Both the position numbers and the translations under genes were made by a program. A stretch of 64,000 nt of DNA from Eubacteriales bacterium (lineage in GTDB: Bacteria; Bacillota; Clostridia; Oscillospirales; CAG-272): positions 6,159 to 70,158 of the forward strand of contig JAZSMJ010000041.1 in NCBI GenBank assembly GCA_045535815.1, read 5' to 3'. A model generated the notes under the pieces. The model ran no database searches. It worked only from the letters and a program-made list of their open reading frames with translations, and was not told the DNA's origin. Positions 56,937 to 64,000 of this stretch are shown here, piece by piece. Each line of letters begins with the position of its first letter. Position 1 is the first letter of the stretch.

Positions 56937-57054
56937 TTTAATTGTCCTTTCGTTTGGTGTGATTTTATTATAACATCATTCTTGACACAAAGTCAAGGAG
57001 TGTGCTATAATTGAGACGTATATTGAATTTTGTTGAAAACGAGGGCGTGAAAAA

Positions 57055-57810
57055 ATGAAGGTCGAGCTTATAACCTATACTCCCGAGGCGGATAAGATAG
57101 TAGCCGCGGCGGCAAAGCTTTGCTACGCAAAAAGCGATATTGATACTCTTCTTGAAAATCTCACTCCCGAAAAAACGGAAAGCTTTCTTTCCTTGCTCTC
57201 AGAGCTCGGTCATCAGAGCCCGGTCGAGCACGTCAGCTTTACGTTCGGCATAGAGGGAGTTTCCCGTGCACTTCTTGCACAGATAACCCGTCACCGTATT
57301 GCATCGTTCTCGGTACAGAGCCAAAGATACGTTGATAAGAGCAATTTTGAATATATCACACCGCCCGAGGTGGCCGACATTCCCGAGGCTTTGGAGGAAT
57401 TCGAGAGGGCGATGCGTGAGGATGCAGAGCATTACGAAAGGCTGAAGGCAATACTCACCAAGGCTCATAAGGAAAGATTTGTGGCTGAGGGTAACTCCGA
57501 GAAAGAAGCACAGGCAAAGGCGGAAAAGATGGCAAACGAGGATGCTCGCTTCGTTCTTCCCAATGCATGCGACACCAGAATAATTATGACTATGAACGCT
57601 CGCTCACTCTACAATTTCTTCAGACTGCGCTGCTGCAACAGAGCACAGTGGGAGATAAGAGAGCTTGCGACACTTATGCTTGAAAAGGTAAAGGAAGCGG
57701 CGCCCATACTCTTCAGATATGCAGGTCCTGCCTGCCTTACCGGTAAATGCTCCGAGGGAAGCTATTCCTGCGGAAAGCAGCTTGAGGTAAGAAAGAAATT
57801 CCTTTCATAA
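57055..57810 (+). CDS. thyX: FAD-dependent thymidylate synthase
   Basis: ThyX signature RHRIASFSVQSQRY. Confidence 0.92.
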   Translation: MKVELITYTPEADKIVAAAAKLCYAKSDIDTLLENLTPEKTESFLSLLSELGHQSPVEHVSFTFGIEGVSRALLAQITRHRIASFSVQSQRYVDKSNFEYITPPEVADIPEALEEFERAMREDAEHYERLKAILTKAHKERFVAEGNSEKEAQAKAEKMANEDARFVLPNACDTRIIMTMNARSLYNFFRLRCCNRAQWEIRELATLMLEKVKEAAPILFRYAGPACLTGKCSEGSYSCGKQLEVRKKFLS

Positions 57811-57822
57811 TAATTAAATATT

Positions 57823-57850
57823 AAATGGCGGTCGTACGACCGCCATTTTT
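57823..57850. terminator. bidirectional terminator
   Basis: AAATGGCGGTCG-TA-CGACCGCCATTT followed by a T-tract. Confidence 0.8.
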
Positions 57851-57856
57851 ATATGC

Positions 57857-58222
57857 TTACCGTTTTGCCAATCTTTTGCGAATTCGGCATACGGTATCAC
57901 GGCTTGTGTTCATTGCCTCGGCAGTTTTTTCTATACTAAGACCGAGTATGTAATAGTTTCTGAGAAAAAGCCTCTCCTGGTCGGTGCGGTATTCCTGTCT
58001 GCGTGAGGATAGGGAAGAATGAGAATTTATGAGATCTTCTATTTTTCTCATTTTGCTTCGAATCGACTGTATCTGCTCTACGGTAAGATCGTACTTGGGA
58101 TGATCGTAATATTTTTGTGCAAGATGGTTTTCGGTCAGCTTGAGCTGAAGCTGATCCTTGAGTTTGGGATACTGCGAACAGAGGTCGAGTATATTATCTT
58201 CAATTTTAACGGTCGCTATCAA
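57857..58222 (-). CDS. small sigma-70 region-4-like HTH protein
   Basis: TTG start 7 nt after GGAGG. The C-terminal LFLRNYYILGLSIEKTAEAMNTSRDTVCRIRKRL looks like a sigma region 4 / DUF1492-type HTH. The N-terminal 80 aa are helical. No sigma region 2. Confidence 0.6.
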   Translation of the reverse strand: MIATVKIEDNILDLCSQYPKLKDQLQLKLTENHLAQKYYDHPKYDLTVEQIQSIRSKMRKIEDLINSHSSLSSRRQEYRTDQERLFLRNYYILGLSIEKTAEAMNTSRDTVCRIRKRLAKR

Positions 58223-58282
58223 TTTAATGCCTCCATTTCGTTTTCTTTGTTATTCTTTTGTTTTGCGGATGGTGGATACAGA

Positions 58283-58489
58283 TCAGAAGCCAAGCTCACA
58301 CAGAAGCTGATGAACGTCGGAGAATTCGCAAAGACGAATTATATCGTCGGTTGTGAGACGCTCAACGCAGTCCGGGCAGTAGACCTCATCAGAGAGTATC
58401 ATATGATCCTTGTAGATCCTTGATCTGCAGGACGAGCATATTCTGAAATTGCTTTCCTGCTCGTAGTTGTCGGTGTAATCGCTATACAT
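58283..58489 (-). CDS. small zinc-ribbon protein
   Basis: Trimmed to MYSDYTDNYEQE at 58489 (RBS AGGAGG 7 nt upstream). CSSC...17 aa...CPDC. Confidence 0.55.
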   Translation of the reverse strand: MYSDYTDNYEQESNFRICSSCRSRIYKDHMILSDEVYCPDCVERLTTDDIIRLCEFSDVHQLLCELGF

Positions 58490-58551
58490 ATAACAGCCTC
58501 CTTGAGATAAAATGAGAGATCCGAGCATGGCTCTGACAGTGGAGAGGCATC

Positions 58552-58565
58552 AGAACTTATGTTCG
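58552..58565. promoter_or_regulatory. LexA (SOS) box in the 5' leader of the zinc-ribbon/sigma-like operon
   Basis: The minus strand reads CGAACATAAGTTCT. The GAAC-N4-GTTC core is perfect and 12 of 14 positions match CGAACATATGTTCG. It lies about 10-23 nt downstream of the predicted TSS. Confidence 0.6.
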
Positions 58566-58581
58566 TAATCTTGCGAGCTGA

Positions 58582-58610
58582 ATTATAACATATATTCGCA
58601 TCAATGTCAA
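58582..58610 (-). promoter_or_regulatory. consensus sigma-A promoter of the zinc-ribbon/sigma-like operon
   Basis: On the minus strand: TTGACA (58610-58605), 17 nt, TATAAT (58587-58582). Confidence 0.65.
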
Positions 58611-59050
58611 TAGCAGTTTGAAATTATTCTAAATTTGTTAAAAATGTCACCATTTTAACAAAAAAATCGGTATTTGATCTATTTTTGTGCAACTTGTATA
58701 TGTGTAGAAAAAAATAGTTGTTTTTTGTTAAAAATGCATAACAAAACTGCGCTTTTCGCTTGATATCAACGGGAAAAGCGGTTGTTTTCCAAAAAAGCGG
58801 CTTACGTAAATAATATTTACCTAAACCAGCGAGTTGTGGCAAAATGAGCGAAAAACGCAGATAAAGCACACTGTATTGTACGAAATACGAGGTATGAAAG
58901 TAAATTGAATTTACCTTATTTTCACGGCGTGAAAGCGTGGTTTTTTGGACGAATAAAGGGAGAAAACGGTCTGTTTTGCGGGCCGTGAGCGCTGGGGAGG
59001 AGGCGGCTTAAATGCGGATTTTTTTGAATTGTGATGGATATGGAGACTTC

Positions 59051-59079
59051 TTGACTTTTAATTGGGTATATGGTATATT
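59051..59079 (+). promoter_or_regulatory. promoter of the leader and giant SBP operon
   Basis: TTGACT (59051-59056), 17 nt, TATATT (59074-59079), preceded by TGG (extended -10). Confidence 0.55.
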
Positions 59080-59111
59080 TATATATGTAAAAAATACGGT
59101 GACCGGTAGAC

Positions 59112-59153
59112 GAAGTCTCTTGATGTGAGCAGTCGGGAGACTTCTTTATTTTT
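59112..59153 (+). terminator. terminator-like hairpin 1 in the leader
   Basis: GAAGTCTC (59112-59119) pairs with GAGACTTC (59137-59144) and is followed by TTTATTTTT. It is flanked by a possible enclosing helix, ACGGTGA (59097-59103) with TCACCGT (59157-59163). Confidence 0.5.
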
Positions 59154-59312
59154 GCCCTCACCGTTAATAGAAACCTCTTATGCGATTTTCCTTGAACCCG
59201 GGGTTTCATATAGTAAGTTACGGGTAAATATAATTCATTTGATAGCGAATGCAATTTATTTCTTTTAAGAGAATTCCAGCGCAATAAGAGCGGTTTTGCT
59301 GACCGGTTCAGA

Positions 59313-59347
59313 GGAACGAATAAGCTTCATTCCGTTTTTATTTTTTA
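59313..59347 (+). terminator. terminator-like hairpin 2, immediately upstream of the SBP RBS
   Basis: GGAACGAA-TAAGC-TTCATTCC (7 of 8 pairs) followed by GTTTTTATTTTTT. The RBS GGAGG at 59364-59368 follows. Confidence 0.5.
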
Positions 59348-59379
59348 TATATCTAAAAAAATTGGAGGAACGAATTTCA

Positions 59380-62300
59380 ATGGAAAACCGGAAATTAGTC
59401 AAATGTCTTGCACTGTTTCTTGCGATCCTTACCGTGTTCGGTTCGACTTCATTTGTCTTTGCTGACAATGAGAATGCCGATGCAGTGATCGATGAAGCGG
59501 ATGCTGACGTAGTTGAGACCTACACTCAACATATTGACGCAAACAATTCTCTGATAGGAAATATGTCCTATACCGACTACCGTGAAAGATATTCGGACGT
59601 TACAACGTCGGGCGACAATATCGTTATTGACGCTGCTGATTATGACGCTGAAAAGACCGATGCAGCGGTAGAAATACTTACCGATTACGAAGGTATGGCA
59701 GGCGACTCGCTGCTTACTCCCGCATCGGGTAAGACCTCTTGGACATTTGAGGTCGAGACCGAGGGCTGGTATGCGCTTGACGTTACCTACTATCCTTATC
59801 CCGGAACAAAGACAACTATAGAACGCTCAATGTTCATCGACGGAAAGATCCCCTTCTCCGAAACGAGATATCTCTACTTCCCCAGATGCTGGGAATACGA
59901 GTATACGGAGGAAGAGGGTGTGTTCTCGAAGGATATCAACGGAAACGATACCCGTCCGAGAAGACAGGAAGCTCCGCAGTGGACGACATACTTCGTGCGT
60001 GACTGGCTCGGATATACGCTCGAACCCTTCCAGTTCTATTTGACTGCAGGAACTCATACCATAACTCTTCAGGCAAACAGAGAGCCTATGCTTCTCAAGA
60101 CCTTTGAGTTTTATGAATACAAGCCCGGAATTTCATACGAGGATTACATAAACGCTCATACCGCTGCAGGCGCTAAAAACGTTGCAGCAGGAACTGAGCC
60201 TATAGTAGTTCAGGCTGAAAATCCCTCGCTTATTTCAATACAGAACCTTTTCCCTGCAAACGACAGAACCTCTGCTCTTACGCAGCCCCAGGATCCGACG
60301 GTTATCAAGTATAATATGCTTGACTGCGGTACCGTAGGTCAGTGGATGAGATACGAGGTTGAGGTTGAAGAGAGCGGATTCTATACGATAGCTGCCCGCT
60401 ACCGTCAGAACTCACTCAACGGTCTGTTTACATCGAGAAGAATAAGAATAAACGGCGAGATCCCGTTTGAGGAAGCAAGCTATCTCAGATTCCCCTACAA
60501 CACTGCATGGCAGTGCGATGCTCTCAACGACGGTGAGCATGATTTCCTCTTCTACCTTGAAAAGGGTACGAACGTGATCGAGCTTGAGGTCGTTCTCGGA
60601 GATATGACCGATTACGTATATCAGGTACAGCAGATAATCGAGGAGCTCAATGCGGATTATCAGAAGATACTTCAGATAACAGGTCCTTCTCCCGACGCTT
60701 ACCGTGACTACGGCTTCAGCACGATACTTCCCGAAACTATAATCAATATAGCTCAGAACGCAGACAGACTTTACGAGATCGCTGCTGAGCTTAAGGCTGT
60801 TACCGGCGAGACCGGTGACCAGGTGCAGACTCTTGAGACCATCGCTCTTCTTCTTGAAACGATGTCCACAAACGAATATGAAATAGCTCCTAACTTCATT
60901 ACATTCAAAAACTACATAATCTCTCTCAGTAACTGGCTTTATGCGGCGCTTGCTCAGCCCCTGAAGCTCGACTACCTGTCCGTACAGTCTCCTGAGGACG
61001 ATCTCCCCAAGGGTGCTGCAGGCTTCTTCCAGGCAGCTTGGTTTGAGACAAAGGCCTTCATAGGAAGCTTCTTCATGGACTACACGACCATCGGATTCAG
61101 CAATGAGTCCAAGGACGTTGTAAACGCTGAGACGGATACAGAAGAAGAAACGGTTGTAATGTGGGCTATCTCCGACCGTGAGAACTCGCTTATCTTGCGT
61201 TATATCATAGATAACTACTTTACTCCCGAATCAAATATAAACGTTACCATTAAGATCGTTACAGCGGGTCTTACCGAGGCGATCCTTGCAGGTATCGGAC
61301 CGGACGTATCGTTCATGACCGCAACGGATACCGTTACCTGGGGTCTGCGTACAGCAGTTGAGCCCTTGAACGACTTTGAAGGCTTTGACGAGATAATTGC
61401 AGAGTTCAGCGAAGCAGCTACAACTCCGCTTACGCTGTACGGCACGACCTACGGTCTGCCTAACACCATGACGTTTGATATGATGTTCGTTCGTACGGAC
61501 GTTATGGAAGAGCTCAATCTTGAGCTTCCCGAAACATGGGACGACCTTTACGATATAATGCCTGCACTTCAGAACAGATATCTTGAAATCGGTATACCCT
61601 CTTCGTTCATAGGAACGGTAGGAACCGTAACGGTATCTAAGAACACGCTTAACGTTCTTTCTTCAATGATCTATCAGGCAGATTCTACGCTTTACGCTGA
61701 TGACGGAAAGCTGGTAAACCTCGATTCCAATGAAGCTCTTTCAGCGTTTGAACAGCTTACAGGCTTGTTCAAGAACTATGACAACAAGATCTCCTGGGAA
61801 ATCTCCCGTTTCAGAACCGGAGAGCTTCCGATAGTTATCGCTGACGCAATCACAACGTATAATCAGCTTATGACATTCTACGAGCTCCGTGGCCTTTGGA
61901 AGATGCTTCCGATACTCGGAACCGAAAAGGCAGACGGAACAATAGATATCACGTCTACCGTTACACCTCAGGCAATCGTTATCCCGAGAGGTGCCGCAAA
62001 TCCCGAGGCATCATGGCAGTTCGCTAAATGGTACGTAAGCGCTGATACGCAGGCTAAGCTCGCAAACGAGCAGGTTGCTATCGCAACGCCTACCACAAAG
62101 TATGCTACGGCAAATACTGAGGCTATGCTCGGACAGCCGTGGACAGACGAAGAATATGCAGCTATCAGCAAGCAGATGGAATACCTTGTAGGTAACCCCG
62201 AGTATCCGGGACAGTACATCGTAAATACATACGTTAACAATGCGTTTGCTGACGTTTACAATAACTCGACCGACCCCGTTGACGCAATGCTCGACCGTAT

Positions 62301-62418
62301 TCTTGATATGAACAAGGAAATTACGAGAAAACGCGGAGAATTCGATATGGAGCAGTCCGAGACCTACTATTCGTCAAATTCCGTTACCGCTAAGGGTAAT
62401 ATGTCGCAAGACAACTGA
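59380..62418 (+). CDS. giant secreted solute-binding protein with tandem beta-sandwich-like repeats
   Basis: Trimmed to MENRKLVKCLALFLAILTVFGSTSFVFA|DNE (RBS GGAGG). Internal repeats at about 59614-60123 and 60193-60606, a helical linker, and a family-1 SBP-like C-terminal roughly 420 aa (from about 61150). Directly upstream of two ABC permease genes. Confidence 0.75.
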   Translation: MENRKLVKCLALFLAILTVFGSTSFVFADNENADAVIDEADADVVETYTQHIDANNSLIGNMSYTDYRERYSDVTTSGDNIVIDAADYDAEKTDAAVEILTDYEGMAGDSLLTPASGKTSWTFEVETEGWYALDVTYYPYPGTKTTIERSMFIDGKIPFSETRYLYFPRCWEYEYTEEEGVFSKDINGNDTRPRRQEAPQWTTYFVRDWLGYTLEPFQFYLTAGTHTITLQANREPMLLKTFEFYEYKPGISYEDYINAHTAAGAKNVAAGTEPIVVQAENPSLISIQNLFPANDRTSALTQPQDPTVIKYNMLDCGTVGQWMRYEVEVEESGFYTIAARYRQNSLNGLFTSRRIRINGEIPFEEASYLRFPYNTAWQCDALNDGEHDFLFYLEKGTNVIELEVVLGDMTDYVYQVQQIIEELNADYQKILQITGPSPDAYRDYGFSTILPETIINIAQNADRLYEIAAELKAVTGETGDQVQTLETIALLLETMSTNEYEIAPNFITFKNYIISLSNWLYAALAQPLKLDYLSVQSPEDDLPKGAAGFFQAAWFETKAFIGSFFMDYTTIGFSNESKDVVNAETDTEEETVVMWAISDRENSLILRYIIDNYFTPESNINVTIKIVTAGLTEAILAGIGPDVSFMTATDTVTWGLRTAVEPLNDFEGFDEIIAEFSEAATTPLTLYGTTYGLPNTMTFDMMFVRTDVMEELNLELPETWDDLYDIMPALQNRYLEIGIPSSFIGTVGTVTVSKNTLNVLSSMIYQADSTLYADDGKLVNLDSNEALSAFEQLTGLFKNYDNKISWEISRFRTGELPIVIADAITTYNQLMTFYELRGLWKMLPILGTEKADGTIDITSTVTPQAIVIPRGAANPEASWQFAKWYVSADTQAKLANEQVAIATPTTKYATANTEAMLGQPWTDEEYAAISKQMEYLVGNPEYPGQYIVNTYVNNAFADVYNNSTDPVDAMLDRILDMNKEITRKRGEFDMEQSETYYSSNSVTAKGNMSQDN

Positions 62419-62482
62419 CGGACTGTTTCACAGCGAAGCAGATAACTTTTAACTTATATTATAATAAGGAGAGAAAATCCAA

Positions 62483-63442
62483 ATGGACAACACAGCTGTA
62501 AAGAAGCAAAAGTCCAAAAACGGAAACGAAACGCGTGAGCTCACCAAACGTCAATGGCTTTGGATCGAGATGAAGCAGAAAAAAGCCGGATACATAATGG
62601 TATTACCCTTTCTTCTGATGTTCTCGGCATTCACGCTTGTTCCGGTTGCACTTTCGCTTGTTCTTAGTTTCACGTCGTTCAATATGTTGGAGTGGCCCGA
62701 ATTCCTCTTTTTCGATAACTACATCCGCATGTTCCTCGATGATGATCTGTTTATTACTGCATTTAAGAACACATTGATCTTTGCTATCGCAACGGGTCCT
62801 ACCTCGTACATGCTTTCCTTCCTGATCGCATGGTTTATAAACGAGCTTCCCCCCAAGCTCAGATCTGTGGTTACACTTATATTCTACGCACCGAGTATCT
62901 CGGGTGCCGTTTACATGGTATGGTCACTTATATTTAAGGAAGATATCTACGGTTACGTAAACGGTTGGCTTATCAAGATGGGCTTTATTACGACGCCTAT
63001 AGCCTTCTTTAAGAATACCACCTACATCATGCCTCTGTGTATCCTGGTTGCTCTTTGGACCAGCCTTGGTACTGCGTTCCTTGCATTCATCGCCGGTCTT
63101 CAGGTCGTTGACAGATCGCTTTATGAAGCGGGCGCAGTTGACGGAATCAAGAACAGATGGCAGGAGCTGTGGTATATCACGCTCCCCTCAATGAAGGAAC
63201 AGCTCCTGTTCGGTGCCGTGCTTGCTATCACAGGCTCGTTCGGCTTCGGTGCAATAGTTGACGCACTCTGCGATAACCCCTCGGTTGACTACGCTGCGTG
63301 GACCATGACGCATCACCTGCAGGAATACATGGGTATAAGATTTGAGTTCGGATATGCATCTGCAATTTCCACCGTGCTCTTCCTTCTCATGTTCGGTTCA
63401 AACATCCTCGTACAGAAACTTCTCAGAAAGGTTGGTAACTAA
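62483..63442 (+). CDS. carbohydrate ABC transporter permease (LplB/MalF-like)
   Basis: Six TM segments and the EAA-loop motif EAGAVDGIKNRWQELWYITLP. RBS AAGGAG. Confidence 0.85.
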   Translation: MDNTAVKKQKSKNGNETRELTKRQWLWIEMKQKKAGYIMVLPFLLMFSAFTLVPVALSLVLSFTSFNMLEWPEFLFFDNYIRMFLDDDLFITAFKNTLIFAIATGPTSYMLSFLIAWFINELPPKLRSVVTLIFYAPSISGAVYMVWSLIFKEDIYGYVNGWLIKMGFITTPIAFFKNTTYIMPLCILVALWTSLGTAFLAFIAGLQVVDRSLYEAGAVDGIKNRWQELWYITLPSMKEQLLFGAVLAITGSFGFGAIVDALCDNPSVDYAAWTMTHHLQEYMGIRFEFGYASAISTVLFLLMFGSNILVQKLLRKVGN

Positions 63443-63445
63443 CGC

Positions 63446-64000
63446 ATGAAAAAATTAAGAACCAGAAAACACGCGGTAGTACTTAACCGTTCTGCGGGAG
63501 GAGACGCCGGCATAACCGGTCTTCTCATCATTCTCGGAGCATTTATGTTCCTTCCTATGTACTACGTTGTTATGACATCGTTCAAGCCTCTCGGTGAGCT
63601 GTCAATGACACCTCCGAAGCTTTACGTTATGAAGCCTACTCCCAAAAACTACGAAGACCTTTTCACAAACCTCAACGCTACTTGGGTACCGATTTCAAGA
63701 TATTTCTTCAACACGGTATTCATCTCGGTTATGGCCGTTTTCGGATGTCTCGTATTCGGATCACTTGCAGCATACGCAATTTCGAAGATAAGATTCCCGG
63801 GCGCTCAGGGTGTGTTCAAGGTAATTCAGTATTCACTTATGATCAGTGCCACCGTTGCAGCTCTTACAAACTTCATTATTTACGTTGCACTCGGATGGCT
63901 CAATACATACTATATTTCCATCATCCCGGTATGGGGCTCGACGCTGGGTCTGTACCTGATGAAGCAGTTTATTGACTCGAGCGTCTCGGACGCAATGATA
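63446..64000 (+). CDS. carbohydrate ABC transporter permease (LplC/MalG-like), 3' truncated by the window end
   Basis: The ATG at 63446 opens a frame that stays open to position 64000 (MKKLRTRKHAVVLNRSAGGDAGITGLLIILGAFMFLPMYYVVMTSFKP...). It is absent from the ORF track because it has no stop in the window. Confidence 0.8.
   Translation, partial: MKKLRTRKHAVVLNRSAGGDAGITGLLIILGAFMFLPMYYVVMTSFKPLGELSMTPPKLYVMKPTPKNYEDLFTNLNATWVPISRYFFNTVFISVMAVFGCLVFGSLAAYAISKIRFPGAQGVFKVIQYSLMISATVAALTNFIIYVALGWLNTYYISIIPVWGSTLGLYLMKQFIDSSVSDAMI

Noticed and set aside
58624-59284. Minus-strand ORFs of 81 aa (58624-58869) and 120 aa (58922-59284) in the large gap upstream of the giant SBP gene.
   Set aside because: They have no RBS, AT-driven composition (Phe/Lys/Asn/Leu-rich) and no motifs. 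They also overlap promoter and hairpin elements. I treat the region as regulatory or non-coding.

Overview
This 64-kb window looks like a chromosomal segment of a mid-GC Clostridia genome. The protein sequences suggest an Oscillospiraceae/Ruminococcus-like organism, but I ran no database search, so that is inference. I can support about 58 protein-coding genes, one tRNA-Thr(CGU), one T-box leader, two LexA (SOS) boxes, several near-consensus sigma-A promoters, a number of intrinsic terminators, and two intergenic palindromic or motif-array repeats. There is no CRISPR array, rRNA, transposase, integrase or reverse transcriptase.

Positions 1-44 kb are mostly housekeeping genes:
- T-box-cysE-cysS, rsmA, GTP-type PEPCK and ddl
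- a DUF1385-prmC-leuA-cimA run, metA and lexA
- radC, proBA-thiI and dut-maf-(MreB-like)-nth, with ogg convergent on the opposite strand

These are interrupted by small lower-GC accessory islets at about 6.6-7.7 kb and 31.6-34.3 kb.

Positions 44.8-64 kb form a carbohydrate or polyol utilisation neighbourhood with no recognisable glycoside hydrolase, PTS component or dedicated regulator. It contains:
- three Gfo/Idh/MocA or MDR dehydrogenases, two xylose-isomerase-like TIM barrels (one clearly of the ketose 3-epimerase type), an FGGY kinase and an esterase
- two paralogous orphan solute-binding lipoproteins, each downstream of its own near-consensus promoter (one lies in front of the intervening lipoprotein gene)
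- a roughly 1010-aa secreted solute-binding protein carrying two internal beta-sandwich-like repeats, followed by LplB/LplC-type permeases

The leads I rate highest are:
1. the giant repeat-carrying binding protein and its roughly 290-nt leader with two terminator-like hairpins
2. an SOS-box-controlled two-gene operon (small zinc-ribbon protein plus a sigma-70 region-4-only HTH protein) wedged into the sugar locus
3. a candidate small RNA with a perfect consensus promoter, TGAATAG heptamer repeats and a shared bidirectional terminator next to tRNA-Thr
4. an MreB paralogue with a degenerate phosphate-2 motif in the classical maf-mreB position

All functional calls rest on motif recognition from memory and on the sequence itself. 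No searches were run.
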